From Octopus sinensis (Eukaryota): DNA of 64,000 bases. The stretch is from positions 16,988,001 to 17,052,000 of the forward strand of contig NC_043005.1 in NCBI RefSeq assembly GCF_006345805.1, read 5' to 3'. A program made the translations under genes and the position numbers. The notes below the pieces were generated by a model. That model was not told the origin of the DNA, did not search any database, and saw only the letters and a list, made by a program, of their open reading frames with translations. Shown in pieces: positions 63,800 through 64,000 of this stretch (positions are counted from its first letter, which is position 1; the number at the start of each line of letters is the position of its first letter).

Positions 63800-63925
63800 G
63801 TTCTGTAAAGGCTGTAAGATGTGACACGGACGTCATGAAAACCAAGCTTCCCCAAAATGTGATGGTGTTTGGGTGCGTCTCCAGTGAGGGTAATGTCATG
63901 CTGCCCCACATCTTTGAACAGGCCT
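63800..63925 (+). mobile_element. Tc1/mariner-family transposase fragment
   Basis: MKTKLPQNVMVFGCVSSEGNVMLPHIFEQ resembles the K.P..VMVWG.IS..G segment of Tc1-like DDE domains. Confidence 0.6.
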
Positions 63926-64000
63926 TTTTTTTTAGGATCAATTTTTAGGGTCTTGTCAGGTCAGGTCTGTTGTATGCAGCATCGGATCCTACTACTGGTA

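Overview
Eukaryotic, AT-rich, intron-containing genomic DNA, densely packed with SINEs, MITEs, LINE remnants and microsatellites. The SINE repertoire resembles what I know from Octopus genomes (inference, not verified). Two + strand spliced genes can be reconstructed with consistent GT-AG sites and exon phases. (1) The 3' part of afadin (AF-6/canoe), 1591-20851: PDZ exons, Pro-rich region, coiled coil and C-terminal TPGVIG..YRDPR..PERMSFRDKM motif, with a 12xGPPHQ insert and a probable in-frame cassette exon. (2) A signal-peptide-bearing JmjC/cupin-8 2OG-Fe(II) oxygenase, 42539 to >61538, with an intact H-x-D...H triad. The most notable non-genic signals are four hammerhead-ribozyme-like motifs in the JmjC gene introns (one with an intact core and a very long stem II at 53146-53277), a perfect 86-bp-arm palindrome downstream of afadin, a 767-bp tandem duplication bounded by (TA)n, a Crypton-like long hairpin, and a MITE family carrying telomeric CCCTAA repeats. 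No rRNA, true tRNA gene or CRISPR array was seen. Most six-frame ORFs are repeat-derived artefacts.
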